Positions 34,474 to 44,705 of a DNA stretch of 45,809 bases are shown here, in pieces. Position 1 is the stretch's first letter, and every line of letters starts with the position of its first letter. This DNA comes from Candidatus Berkelbacteria bacterium. Its GTDB lineage: Bacteria > Patescibacteriota > UBA1384 > 2-12-FULL-50-11. Both the position numbers and the translations under genes were made by a program. A model generated the notes under the pieces. That model saw only the letters and a list, made by a program, of their open reading frames with translations. It did no database searches and was not told the DNA's origin. The stretch spans positions 1 through 45,809 of the forward strand of contig JAUSEP010000086.1 in the NCBI GenBank assembly GCA_030650195.1. The letters run 5' to 3'.

Positions 34474-35442
34474 CTAAGAGGATTTCCGGAAGATACTATC
34501 GATCATCTGCTCTAAGGGAACAGACTCCATATGAATATCAATCAGGTTTTTACCTTTGTTTAGCCCTTCAACAAGTGAGACAACATTATCCTCCGGTACT
34601 TTAATTAGGAAGTTACCGTTATCGTGCTCAAGAATCTTGCCGTATTTTTCCAGCTCTTCTTTGGGCGGGCCGTTCTCAAAAACTAGTCGAACATAGCGCT
34701 CTTTCTGGTACTGTGCAGTTAGCGCCTCGATCGAATCATCGTAGACTTTAACGCCGTGATTAATAACAATAACTCGATCACAGACATGCTCTATATCATC
34801 CATATCGTGGCTGGTCAGAACGAGAGTGACGTTGTTCTCTTTCTGGACTTTACGCAAAAAAGTCCGGATGTTCTTCCTGGCAGTAATATCTAGGCCAATA
34901 GTTGGCTCATCTAGGAAGAGAACTTCGGGATTGTGGAGGATGGCGCCGATCAGTTCGACCTTCATTCGCTCACCTAACGAGAGGCGACGAAGTTGCGTCT
35001 TAAGATGCTCTTGAACATCGAGTAACTCCGTCAGCTCCTTGAGTCGCGTTTTGTAGGCCTCGTCAGGAATTCGGTAGATGTTCTTTAAGAGCCAAAAACT
35101 CTGCTCAGGTGTAAGATCCCAACTCAGGCCGGATTTGTTACCCATCACCAAGCCGATCCGACGTAAAAATGAGTGGTCTCGCCCGAACGGGTTATAGCCA
35201 AGGACCTCAACGGTTCCGGCAGTTGGGTGGATTAGTCCGGTCAGCATCTTGGTTGTAGTGGTTTTCCCGGCACCGTTTGGTCCTAAGAAAGCGACAGATT
35301 CGCCCCTCTGGACGCTAAAAGTTATATCGTTGACAGCCTTTACCTCTCGTTTTTTTGGATTAAACAGACCCGTAATCAGATTATTGTTCTGACGCAGGGT
35401 AAATGTTTTGGTTAAATTTTGGACTTTAATTACACTTTCCAT
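34474..35442 (-). CDS. ABC transporter ATP-binding protein
   Basis: GPNGAGKTT, LSLGERMK, FLDEPTIGLD, TSHDM. Confidence 0.93.
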   Translation of the reverse strand: MESVIKVQNLTKTFTLRQNNNLITGLFNPKKREVKAVNDITFSVQRGESVAFLGPNGAGKTTTTKMLTGLIHPTAGTVEVLGYNPFGRDHSFLRRIGLVMGNKSGLSWDLTPEQSFWLLKNIYRIPDEAYKTRLKELTELLDVQEHLKTQLRRLSLGERMKVELIGAILHNPEVLFLDEPTIGLDITARKNIRTFLRKVQKENNVTLVLTSHDMDDIEHVCDRVIVINHGVKVYDDSIEALTAQYQKERYVRLVFENGPPKEELEKYGKILEHDNGNFLIKVPEDNVVSLVEGLNKGKNLIDIHMESVPLEQMIDSIFRKSS

Positions 35443-35444
35443 TT

Positions 35445-36248
35445 TTATGACGAGGCCGAAGTATAGTTTTTTAGAGCCATCTTCCATCCCCATAGCCTGA
35501 GTAACATGAGCACTATCGTAACAAATAGCGCGATAACCAGCATAACGCTGGCGTTTGTTTTACCGAGCACTACAGAGGTAGGGATGGCAGCAGCGAATAG
35601 GACGGGTAAAAAATAGGTTAAGGAGAATTTGAGAAGTCTCGGGAAGCCTTCGTAAGGCAGGTCGAAGTCAGATATGCCGTAGATTAAGCTGGATATCTCG
35701 GCGGATTCACCGAGCCAAAAAACAGGGATGGTTAGAAGAAACTGAATGCAATGAAAGATAATGATGCTTAGAAGAAAGATAATAACCCCCGCTAGAACAG
35801 GCCAGAAACTAAGATGTAGTGCCGGCCAATTAATTGTAAGGGCGATGATGAACATTGGAAGACCTGATTCTTTGGCTAGCCCTAAGAGGCTGATACTTCT
35901 GGTTGAAACGTAAAAAAGCAAAGGCATTGGCTTGGTTAGTAATAGATCGAGATTACCTCGATTGACGTCAAGTCGGAGCTGATCGAGACTGTCGTAGCAC
36001 CACGTATAAAGCACAAAGAAGGTGACTGTTCCAGCAAAGATAAAGAAAAGAATCTCATTGTGGTTATAACCTGCTACTGTCTGAACTTTGCCGTAAATAA
36101 CGCCTATAAACAACAGGTAGGTAAGAGCGTAGGTGACTGCCGATAAGACGCTAAAAATATTGGTCCAAAAGTAGGCAGTGTCGTAACGAAAGGTGTTAAC
36201 AACGTTGATCCTTAAAACGTTCAAGCGATCGCTAAATGCCGATAGCAT
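35445..36248 (-). CDS. ABC-2 family permease
   Basis: About 6 TM segments; GNLDLLLTKP motif; adjacent to the ATPase. Confidence 0.85.
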   Translation of the reverse strand: MLSAFSDRLNVLRINVVNTFRYDTAYFWTNIFSVLSAVTYALTYLLFIGVIYGKVQTVAGYNHNEILFFIFAGTVTFFVLYTWCYDSLDQLRLDVNRGNLDLLLTKPMPLLFYVSTRSISLLGLAKESGLPMFIIALTINWPALHLSFWPVLAGVIIFLLSIIIFHCIQFLLTIPVFWLGESAEISSLIYGISDFDLPYEGFPRLLKFSLTYFLPVLFAAAIPTSVVLGKTNASVMLVIALFVTIVLMLLRLWGWKMALKNYTSASS

Positions 36249-37017
36249 CGTAACTCCTTAAAGCTCTTTTCCAGAGATAGCTAGTGGCTACCCAAAGAAT
36301 AATCACCCACGTTATCCCAACCAGAAACATTTGGGGGTGAGTAAAAGTCAGGGTAGAGGGCGCAAAAACCGATGCTGGGCCGTAGATGGCCATTGGGAAT
36401 GGACTGAGCAGAAGTATCTTCTGCCAGACGTGGGGAAAGAGAGACAAAGGTATCATAGCTCCTGAAAAAACGTTAAAAACATGACCGATAGACCAGCGTA
36501 GAGGAGCGGAGTCGATGACATAAAAAGAGATAATTCCAACCAGAATGTTGAAAAGCGTAATTATTAGGAAGCCAACAACAAAATAGGCCAGAAATAACAG
36601 GACGTAGGCAAGCGTTAAGGATGCCGAGCCAATCACGATGCCTGCAACAAGCGTTGCCGAGGAAACTATGGCCGTAATTGCCCTTTCTCCAGAGAACATT
36701 GAGTAGAAGTAAGGGATCAGCGAAACGGGTTTAATAAGGTAATTGTTAATATCGCCTCTTCTAATCATGTGGTTGATAAACCCAGAAAACATTAACCCCG
36801 TGCCGCCAGTGATACCAGTAATCGATCTGGCAATTAGAATGTACGATATGATTTCCCTAGTGTTAATTGTGCCATTTGAGCTATGAGCAACAGCTAGCCA
36901 AAATAAGACGAAAAAACCAACCTCAACCAAGCGCCTAACGACAATCGCCACCATCTCTAGCGGGTAAGTAAAGTATCGTAGTACCTCGAAGTAGAAAACC
37001 CGGAAGTATAATCCCAT
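36232..37017 (-). CDS. ABC-2 family permease
   Basis: About 6 TM segments; GDINNYLIKP, FSGAMIPLSLFP. Confidence 0.85.
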   Translation of the reverse strand: MGLYFRVFYFEVLRYFTYPLEMVAIVVRRLVEVGFFVLFWLAVAHSSNGTINTREIISYILIARSITGITGGTGLMFSGFINHMIRRGDINNYLIKPVSLIPYFYSMFSGERAITAIVSSATLVAGIVIGSASLTLAYVLLFLAYFVVGFLIITLFNILVGIISFYVIDSAPLRWSIGHVFNVFSGAMIPLSLFPHVWQKILLLSPFPMAIYGPASVFAPSTLTFTHPQMFLVGITWVIILWVATSYLWKRALRSYDAIGI

Positions 37018-37171
37018 CGTCTAATAGTATACATCCGAAAACTAACCTAGTGGCCGAACCCTAACGGCCTGAGTAAACATCTTCTTTGAGAGTAGCTTTT
37101 TGTAGCGCTTTCTTGCCAGTTGAGAAAATAGTACTTGTCTCTGGCGAAGAATCTGCTAAATTTACATTGAA

Positions 37172-37597
37172 ATGACAGACACATTCAAGAGCATTTTACT
37201 GGTAGACGACGACATGACCTTGCGAGAGATGTACGCCGAGCGGCTCAAAGCCGAAGGTTTTCAGGTAAATACCGCTAAAGACGGTGAAGAAGCCTTGCAG
37301 ATGGCAACGGATAACCATCCAAACATTATTTTACTAGATATCATGATGCCTAAGATCAACGGTTTGGATGTATTAAAAAAACTCAAAGAGCAAACAGACA
37401 CCAAAAATATTCCCGTTATTGTTCTAACAGCCTTAATCCAAGATCGAGAACGGATGGAATCTGTTACCAGAGGAGCCGATGACTACATCGTAAAATCTGA
37501 AACGATGCCTGGTGAAGTAATCGCCAAAGTCCACGCTCTTATAGACAAACCTCGCACTACCGGCCAAGAACAGCCAGCTACGCCGTCAGCGGCGTAA
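37172..37597 (+). CDS. Single-domain response regulator
   Basis: ILLVDDD, LLDIMMP, VIVLTA, GADDYIVK. Confidence 0.92.
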   Translation: MTDTFKSILLVDDDMTLREMYAERLKAEGFQVNTAKDGEEALQMATDNHPNIILLDIMMPKINGLDVLKKLKEQTDTKNIPVIVLTALIQDRERMESVTRGADDYIVKSETMPGEVIAKVHALIDKPRTTGQEQPATPSAA

Positions 37598-37607
37598 AGG
37601 CAGAGTG

Positions 37608-38930
37608 ATGGCCAACAACGATTTAATTAGATTACGGGGCGGTAAACCTCTAGTAGGAGAGATTCATTTGCGTGGAGCTAAGAATACCGTACCTAAGAAT
37701 ATGGTAGCGGCTCTTCTAACTGATGAACCAGTAATTATTCGTGATGTTCCTAAGATTGAAGACGTAGATATTATGTCTAGGCTCTTTCAACGCTTAGGTG
37801 TTGAGGTAGAGGAGATACGCCCAGGAACGCTCCAGATTATTGCTAAGAAATTACGACAACCAACTCGCCAAGATCTCGCAGACATTACTGGACGAAGCCG
37901 TATTCCGATACTTACAGCTGGACCTTTACTACACCGTTTCGGAAAAGCCTTAGTACCTAAATTAGGTGGTTGTAATATAGGACCAAGACCAGTAGATTTT
38001 CACGTCAAAGCCTTACGTGAACTGGGCGCTGACTACGACGAGAACGAAGATAGCGGTGTTTTTAAAACTAAGGGCTTAAGAGGAGCAAAGATCATTCTTG
38101 AGTACCCTAGTGTGGGAGCTACGGAACAGGTAATTCTTTCTAGCGTCCTAGCAGACGGCCAGACCGAGCTTCATAACGCTGCAGTGGAACCAGAAATCAT
38201 GGACTTAATCGCCCTGTTACAGAAAATGGGTGCGATAATCTCTGTGGATACCGACCGAACTATCTATGTAGAGGGTGTAAAAAAACTCAGTGGAGCTACA
38301 CACTCAGCTATGCCAGATAGAATAGAAGCTGCCTCATGGGCTTGCGCAGCCCTCGGAACAAACGGCCGTATTCTTGTACGTGGAGCCAGACAACTAGATA
38401 TGATGACCTTTCTAAACAAATACCATCAGATAGGCGGGGGATTTGAAGTTAATCGAGATGGTATTACTTTTTACCGAGAAAAAGAAAAATTATCTTCTAT
38501 TACTGTCGAAACAGATGTTCATCCAGGATTTATGACTGACTGGCAACAACCACTTGTAGTTGTATTAACTCAAGCCGAAGGACGCTCAGTCGTCCATGAG
38601 ACCGTTTATCCATCTAGATTTGGATATATCGACGAGCTAAATAAGATGGGAGCCAAGATTAAATTGTTCGAAGAATCACCGGAGATGATTAAATCTAAGT
38701 TTGGTAAACGTAATTATCGTCAATCCGCTCAAATCGATGGACCAACAAAACTACACGGTTCGGAGATGACAGTCCCAGATTTACGAGCAGGTTTTTCATA
38801 TATCGTCGCTGCACTAATTGCAGATGGTGAAAGTACAATCCATGGATTCAGCGTACTTCAACGTGGCTACGAGCACTTAGTGGCAAAACTCCAGTCGCTT
38901 GAAGCGGAAATTATCGAAGTCAAAGCCTAA
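37608..38930 (+). CDS. murA: UDP-N-acetylglucosamine 1-carboxyvinyltransferase
   Basis: GAKN, GGCNIGPRPVDFH, SVGATE, PDRIEA, PGFMTDWQ, DLRAG, RGYE. Confidence 0.96.
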   Translation: MANNDLIRLRGGKPLVGEIHLRGAKNTVPKNMVAALLTDEPVIIRDVPKIEDVDIMSRLFQRLGVEVEEIRPGTLQIIAKKLRQPTRQDLADITGRSRIPILTAGPLLHRFGKALVPKLGGCNIGPRPVDFHVKALRELGADYDENEDSGVFKTKGLRGAKIILEYPSVGATEQVILSSVLADGQTELHNAAVEPEIMDLIALLQKMGAIISVDTDRTIYVEGVKKLSGATHSAMPDRIEAASWACAALGTNGRILVRGARQLDMMTFLNKYHQIGGGFEVNRDGITFYREKEKLSSITVETDVHPGFMTDWQQPLVVVLTQAEGRSVVHETVYPSRFGYIDELNKMGAKIKLFEESPEMIKSKFGKRNYRQSAQIDGPTKLHGSEMTVPDLRAGFSYIVAALIADGESTIHGFSVLQRGYEHLVAKLQSLEAEIIEVKA

Positions 38931-40342
38931 AGAATCGGCTCTTCTTTCCAACTAAGAATTGCAAACGAACCTGTAGTGGGGAACTGGGGTGGTGGGTTTA
39001 AGGCCAGATAAGTATCGTAGGTCTGAACAGTCGTCTGATAGCCAGAAGTAACCTGGTTATTGCCGTTGACCCAGCTCCAGGTCCACCAGGAAGCCGAGCC
39101 TATACCGCCATAAACACTAATCTTAGTTTTAACATTACTCGGGTAGTACGGCCGAAAAACTTTACCTTTCTGACTTAAAAGAAAGGCGTCGATGTTGAGA
39201 TCGGCTTCGGAGGAAGAGTTAACTACCAAATCACTTTGACTAATAAGTCCTAGGGCTACTGAACCATCTTTAACGGTATAGTTAATATCATTTTGCAGGA
39301 AGATATTGGTGTTAGTGCCATTAGAATCTGGTAAACGACCAGAAGCTAAAGTGATCCTCGCACCAATTGTGCCCCAAACCCAAGCGTTGTCTGCAACAAA
39401 GATAACGCCGTTTGCCGGAAGATTTCTGCTGGTTGGTTCCCACACGGTGGTCTGCATTAAAGAGTTTAAGCGACCGTGGTTTACACACGAGCCACCTGTG
39501 CCACCGTTATCACGACTAGCGGTGACTTTACCGATAGTGATGGTATTACCAGCATTGAAGCGAATGGCATAGCCGGAGTAGGTTTTTTGTGACTGTCCGT
39601 TAACGAGGGTTGGCAGAAAAATTCCGTTAGCTTGAGCGGCCAATTGCAGATCTCCAAGATCACTTGTCAGTTGATTAAAATCAACCTGGGGCACAGGAAA
39701 CTGCCAGTAGGTAGTTGGTCCTCCTATTCCCCAAACACCGTTATGCGTTTGTCCGTCACCACCGAAACAATTAGCCGGTACGTATGTACTGACAGCAGAA
39801 GCGACAACACCGTTAGCAGTACCATCGTAATGGATACCACGATTAGAGTGAACCAAACCGTTAGTGAACTCGGTATCTCCAAACCAGGCTTCAGAGTTAG
39901 TAACAAACGAGTACTGCGCAAAGGAAGGAATGCCTAACGTTGCAACGACCGTTCGTTTCTCCCCACTAACAGTAACACCTTCGGCCCGTACCGATACGAC
40001 GGTATTGCTTCCTTGCGGTGGGGTGATTGTAATATTGTAAGTACCCAAAACTTCTCCCGCAGTGTTCTTGTAAGTGTGAGTGTAAGGCCCGTACGGTCCG
40101 GTGCCCTGACAAGCCTGCCCATCACAATAATCAAGGTTGTTATGAGACAGATGCCAAAGATAATAGTTAATTCCTGCCTCAGCGATACTCAAGGCTTGGT
40201 TAGACTTAACTTGCCTTTTAACGACTGTGTAGTTGTTGTAGTTTAAGCTCATTATTGCCCCGGTCGTAATAAGCATTACTGCCGCAAAGGCCAACAACAT
40301 CGGCAAGAAATAACCAGGTTTACTTTTAAAAATCTTTTTCAT
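38927..40342 (-). CDS. PilX-like minor pilin/assembly protein
   Basis: Pilin-like N-terminus PGYFLPMLLAF lacking Glu5; ALSIAEAGINYY; ends SWKE. Confidence 0.8.
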   Translation of the reverse strand: MKKIFKSKPGYFLPMLLAFAAVMLITTGAIMSLNYNNYTVVKRQVKSNQALSIAEAGINYYLWHLSHNNLDYCDGQACQGTGPYGPYTHTYKNTAGEVLGTYNITITPPQGSNTVVSVRAEGVTVSGEKRTVVATLGIPSFAQYSFVTNSEAWFGDTEFTNGLVHSNRGIHYDGTANGVVASAVSTYVPANCFGGDGQTHNGVWGIGGPTTYWQFPVPQVDFNQLTSDLGDLQLAAQANGIFLPTLVNGQSQKTYSGYAIRFNAGNTITIGKVTASRDNGGTGGSCVNHGRLNSLMQTTVWEPTSRNLPANGVIFVADNAWVWGTIGARITLASGRLPDSNGTNTNIFLQNDINYTVKDGSVALGLISQSDLVVNSSSEADLNIDAFLLSQKGKVFRPYYPSNVKTKISVYGGIGSASWWTWSWVNGNNQVTSGYQTTVQTYDTYLALNPPPQFPTTGSFAILSWKEEPIL

Positions 40343-40917
40343 AGGTTTGTCTTAAAGTTACGTAAAGTTATTTTAGTTGTCACTATTATCGGGCTTTTTA
40401 AGATATTTCCCGTATCAACTGCGCTTAGTGTTGGCTCAACGATTTTTATACTCGAGACAGAAACAGGGAAGCTAAGTAGAGCGTTTTGGTCGTTGTAGTA
40501 ACGAAATGCGGGATTGTTAACAGCGTTGGTCGTCTTGCCGACCAAGCTATACGTCTTAGCGTCAGCTTCGCTGTAAGTGTAATTTGGTGCTTGGCCTGTA
40601 GGTGGAATAACAGAATATCTAAGTGCCGTACCATCAAGATAAAAATTAATTTCACTAGGAGCGTTATCCGCAGCATTAGGATAGCCACGAATTTTGAAGT
40701 TAGTTTCCGTCGCCTCCATAATCAGCGTTGAACTGCGCAAAACCCGACTTAAACGATCAATTGCAAGATTAAGCTCTGTTTGAACAACTGACTGAGTCTC
40801 AACCAACTTATTATTTGAGTAGCTTTTTATAATGGTGCTGGAAACAAGACCACCAAATAAGGAGACGATGAAGATAACGACAATCAGTTCAAGTACGGAG
40901 AATCCTCTTTTCATCAA
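40339..40917 (-). CDS. Type IV minor pilin (PilW-like)
   Basis: KRG/FSVLELIVV prepilin cleavage motif. Confidence 0.85.
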   Translation of the reverse strand: MMKRGFSVLELIVVIFIVSLFGGLVSSTIIKSYSNNKLVETQSVVQTELNLAIDRLSRVLRSSTLIMEATETNFKIRGYPNAADNAPSEINFYLDGTALRYSVIPPTGQAPNYTYSEADAKTYSLVGKTTNAVNNPAFRYYNDQNALLSFPVSVSSIKIVEPTLSAVDTGNILKSPIIVTTKITLRNFKTNL

Positions 40918-42320
40918 GAGACTATGAAACCACTAATTTGGGTTACTACCTGTCCGTTGGAGTCAAGTAATAGATCCCAACCACCCGTTACCGCTCCGGT
41001 CAAATCAAAAGTTGCATTTACAGACTTTTGGTTCGGATCAACGTTGATAACGGCAGGGAGAATATCAGAGCTACCTGCCTTGCGAAGAAGAACAGTCGTA
41101 TTACCAGTAAAATTAAATCCTTCTATAACGACCTCGACAGATGCCCCGCTAGTACCAGATGCAGGACTGACGCTTTCAATGCGTGGCCAGTTAGGATTAG
41201 CGGTAACAACCATTGTGACGTCTAAAGTTGTACCCGGATTGACGGAAACGTTCTGGTACGGACTGGTGCTTACAATATAGTAGCTACTGCCAACTGTTAG
41301 TGCGTAACTATCCCACTCGATATTACTAAAAGTATTAGCACCGCCAGCACCAGCTTGGGTGTAAATATTTTTTGGAGTATCAGGGTTGGTGGCAGTTAGC
41401 TTGCTTGACGTAGCCGTGACAGCGAGGCCCGCAATTGGCAACCCTACCTGGTCCGTTAGATTTACATTCATATTAGATAGAAAATCAATAGATAATGTTT
41501 GGATTGTTACTTGCTGAACATTGATGTCTACGTCAGGCTGAATCTGGTTGGGGTTTTGACTGGTCCGACTGGTAGTGAAGTCTGTCGAAAACCCTGTTTT
41601 AGTCGCAACGATATGATAACCATTCTGATTATCCGGCAATAAATTAGCAACGAAAACATAACCCTGATCGTTTGTTAGGCCAGTGAGGAAAATACTTTCT
41701 TCCGTATTCTCGATAGTGACCGTAGCGGAAGAAACTGGTAACCCCTGGGCGTTAATAACCTTAACTAGCATCATCCCTGTTTGCGACGGAGTTTCCGCGG
41801 CTTTAGCGGCGGCGTTACTCGAAAGTTTAACTAAAACAGTTGGGGTACCCACCTTTAAGGCCTCTACATTTACACGCTTGTAATCCATGGGAACTGGATC
41901 ATAAGTTGCAGAAGTTCCACCGTCGGTACAGCTCCACAGAGAGGGATTGCCCTCAACGGGAATCACGCAACCGTCAAATGGATCGTCAACAAATATTACG
42001 GCGGTATTGAGGGTGAAGCTAACCCCACCCCTAGTAACAGTTTGGGTATCTGGAATACTGCCCTGAGGGAGAATTGTGCCACCTTGAGTGGAGAGTGAGT
42101 CGTAAGGGAGGTTACGTAAATATTCCAACTGTTCGTTGGCCAAAGCCCCAGCCATTGTTCGAATTTTGCCGGAGTTGGTAGCGTTTAACATTACTAAGAA
42201 AGATCCGATCACTGCACCGAAAATAACGGTAATTACAAAGGCATCAATAATTAACTCAATGAGAGTAAATCCGTTCTTTTTACGGCCTTCGTTACGGGAG
42301 GAACGGATTGCTTTTGCCAA
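40914..42320 (-). CDS. Type IV minor pilin (PilV-like) with C-terminal beta-sandwich domains
   Basis: NG/FTLIELII; LANEQLEYLRNLPY; C-terminal PRIESVSPASG (IPT/TIG-like). Confidence 0.85.
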   Translation of the reverse strand: MAKAIRSSRNEGRKKNGFTLIELIIDAFVITVIFGAVIGSFLVMLNATNSGKIRTMAGALANEQLEYLRNLPYDSLSTQGGTILPQGSIPDTQTVTRGGVSFTLNTAVIFVDDPFDGCVIPVEGNPSLWSCTDGGTSATYDPVPMDYKRVNVEALKVGTPTVLVKLSSNAAAKAAETPSQTGMMLVKVINAQGLPVSSATVTIENTEESIFLTGLTNDQGYVFVANLLPDNQNGYHIVATKTGFSTDFTTSRTSQNPNQIQPDVDINVQQVTIQTLSIDFLSNMNVNLTDQVGLPIAGLAVTATSSKLTATNPDTPKNIYTQAGAGGANTFSNIEWDSYALTVGSSYYIVSTSPYQNVSVNPGTTLDVTMVVTANPNWPRIESVSPASGTSGASVEVVIEGFNFTGNTTVLLRKAGSSDILPAVINVDPNQKSVNATFDLTGAVTGGWDLLLDSNGQVVTQISGFIVS

Positions 42321-43059
42321 AGTTTCCCTCCTTTGTTACGTCTGGAGCCTCGGCGTAAGTTTGGTAGCCAGCAAACAAGGTTTCAGCCTGGTTCAAAAGT
42401 TCTTTTACCGATCCAGAAAACTCTAACTTACTGGAAGGCGTCCAAAAGACTTTCCCACTAATAGTAGCCGTGGATTTATCAGCGGTTTTAGTTAGATCAA
42501 TACTAGTAACAGTGTTCCAGCGAATGAAAGTTTTTAATTTCGTAAGCAAGTTTAGCGCTGTTGGATAGTCCCACTCACCGCTTAAGGAAAAATCAGTACC
42601 TGTTCCAGTACCCGAGCTAGTAATAATAGGTTGCGTTCCCCCCGCTGAACCAGACCCTGGCTTAATATCGTTTTCGTCTTTTGGTGAAGCGGGTGTTGCA
42701 ACCTGAGCTGCTAAGGCCCCTTCCGAGAAAGGAACGGTGATAGTGGCATTCAATCCCAGACTCTTGGTGAGGCCATCGAATTGCAACAAGAGTAGATCGG
42801 CCGAAGGAGAGCTCGGTAGAGCGGTCGTGGCGGTATCGTACAAATCAGCTATTGTTGATTTTGCGGCTACCAAGTCCTTGACGGTGGATGCTTCTGCCTG
42901 ACTGGATTTTATCTGTTCTGTAAGGGCGTTGGACTGTACTTTATTTTCATTAAAAGTCTTCAGTACGGGAGGGAAGAAAAACCAAATGATTGCAATGGTG
43001 ACAACTAAAAACAGGCCGGTTATAACAATGAAATATTTACTATTAAGTAAGTGATGCAT
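42292..43059 (-). CDS. pilO: PilO-like pilus assembly protein
   Basis: N-terminal TM plus coiled coil; position after pilM and pilN. Confidence 0.65.
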   Translation of the reverse strand: MHHLLNSKYFIVITGLFLVVTIAIIWFFFPPVLKTFNENKVQSNALTEQIKSSQAEASTVKDLVAAKSTIADLYDTATTALPSSPSADLLLLQFDGLTKSLGLNATITVPFSEGALAAQVATPASPKDENDIKPGSGSAGGTQPIITSSGTGTGTDFSLSGEWDYPTALNLLTKLKTFIRWNTVTSIDLTKTADKSTATISGKVFWTPSSKLEFSGSVKELLNQAETLFAGYQTYAEAPDVTKEGNFGKSNPFLP

Positions 43060-43060
43060 T

Positions 43061-43624
43061 TTATTTTTTAGTTATTGAGACGCTAATTGAGAAAGTATAA
43101 GTTTTGTTAGTGTCGGAAGTTGACTCAGTTAGACTAGTGATACCGGCACTAGAAATTAGTTTGTTTGTGGCAAGTTTGTCTTTGAATAAGATTATGGATC
43201 GTCGGTCAGTAGACTCACCGCTAAGAGTTATTGTTGGAGGCTTAGTAGTATCGCTACTTATTTTGATTGAAGTTAAGTGAGTATTTGAGGGGGTAGATTC
43301 GGCAATAGCGTTTAAGACTAGATTCCAATCATAACTTGACCGGTAAGTAGCGGCGTTCTTAACTCGACTCTGAACGAACGCGGCCTGGCTCAGGAGTGTT
43401 TTATCTTTATTCTTATCGGCAGCTAAGCGTTCTATTTCAGCCTGTTGGCTACCTAAATAGATTTTCTGGGTGTAGTTGTAGGTTGCAAGTCCAGCCAGCC
43501 CTAACACTAAGGCAGAACTAATAACAATATAGGCAAGCGTTACAACATAAACGAGCGACTTCAGGCCCTTACGTTGTTTAATTTCTGGTGGTACTAAATT
43601 AATCATTTTTATATTATTCTGCAC
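43061..43624 (-). CDS. pilN: PilN-like pilus assembly protein
   Basis: INLVP motif, TM, coiled coil; follows pilM. Confidence 0.8.
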   Translation of the reverse strand: MQNNIKMINLVPPEIKQRKGLKSLVYVVTLAYIVISSALVLGLAGLATYNYTQKIYLGSQQAEIERLAADKNKDKTLLSQAAFVQSRVKNAATYRSSYDWNLVLNAIAESTPSNTHLTSIKISSDTTKPPTITLSGESTDRRSIILFKDKLATNKLISSAGITSLTESTSDTNKTYTFSISVSITKK

Positions 43625-44657
43625 TTCTCATCGCAAGACCAATTGCGTCTGCGAAGGTATGAGTTAACTCTACAGGAACTGGGAAATGATGGGTATCAAC
43701 ACTCTTAAAAGGCTCAGCCAATGTTGTTGGTAAGCCAGTCTCTTTTTGAACAACTTCAACAACGTTAGGAATGCCAGCACCAGTACCGGAAACGATAAGC
43801 TGTTCAATTTTTAGTCCTGGACAAACGCGGTTTTCAAAGAACTTGGTAATGTGCACCAACTCGTCAAAAACAGGTGCAAGACGTTCTCGTAGATCGGGCA
43901 CAGGCGCCGTAATAGTCTGAGCAATTGTGTGAGTACCCCAAGGAACGGTAGAGGTTACGCGTAAACTCTGTCCTTCCGCTACCGAAGCGCCGGTTCCCCC
44001 AACTCCCATGTCAACAACTATCCGAGCTTTTTGATCGTTGGCGGGCATAACAGAACGAATAATTGCCCCTGGTTTAATATCTATCCCAGATAGCTCCAGA
44101 TGAGCCTTCTCACATAACTCAACTATCGAATTGACAAGAGTTTTTCTTGTAGCGGCGGCAAAAACCGTAATTTGCGGTAGGTTCGGTGTGCTAGGTTTAG
44201 CGGGAGCCTCTTTAGAAGATTTTATGGAATCAGCTTCCAGAAGTTTGCCGGCAGTAGCCTGGTCGATCGGCTTACACTTACTAGAAACTTTTTCGTAATC
44301 TATATGGTAGTCCTCGGGATTAATTGAAAGTCGTTCTGCTAGTTCAAACGGTAGAGCTTTCTCAAGCTCATCCTTAGGCAGATCTGGCATCGTCAGGGTA
44401 GCAGAGAAAATTACAGATTCAGGTAAGGCAAACATCGCTTTTCGTGTGGTAATAGCGTGTGGCTTGGCGATTCTCATAGCCTCGATAACTGTCTTTGCGA
44501 TCTCGTCTATGTTATCGATCTTGTCAATTTTCCAAGACCCAGGTGGAATATTTGCTAGATGCATTCCCTGCAAGCGAAAACGCTTACCTAAATGCTCAAG
44601 ACTAGCAATCTTGACGGTCTCGTGACCAATATCTACACCAACAACAACTTGTCCCAA
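43614..44657 (-). CDS. pilM: Type IV pilus assembly protein PilM
   Basis: VGVDIGHETVKI, VVDMGVG, VSGTGA, AIGLAMR actin-like fold motifs. Confidence 0.9.
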   Translation of the reverse strand: MGQVVVGVDIGHETVKIASLEHLGKRFRLQGMHLANIPPGSWKIDKIDNIDEIAKTVIEAMRIAKPHAITTRKAMFALPESVIFSATLTMPDLPKDELEKALPFELAERLSINPEDYHIDYEKVSSKCKPIDQATAGKLLEADSIKSSKEAPAKPSTPNLPQITVFAAATRKTLVNSIVELCEKAHLELSGIDIKPGAIIRSVMPANDQKARIVVDMGVGGTGASVAEGQSLRVTSTVPWGTHTIAQTITAPVPDLRERLAPVFDELVHITKFFENRVCPGLKIEQLIVSGTGAGIPNVVEVVQKETGLPTTLAEPFKSVDTHHFPVPVELTHTFADAIGLAMRSAE

Positions 44658-44705
44658 ATTCCCTCCCTAGATACATCTTGCCGTGTTGCTTGATTGCCGT
44701 CAAAT

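Noticed and set aside
37110-37151. Imperfect inverted repeat TTCTTGCCAG...CTGGCGAAGAA upstream of the response regulator
   Set aside because: Long loop, a bulge and no second copy seen; too weak to call
37608-38930. Fosfomycin-resistant MurA
   Set aside because: Active-site Cys is retained (GGCNIG)
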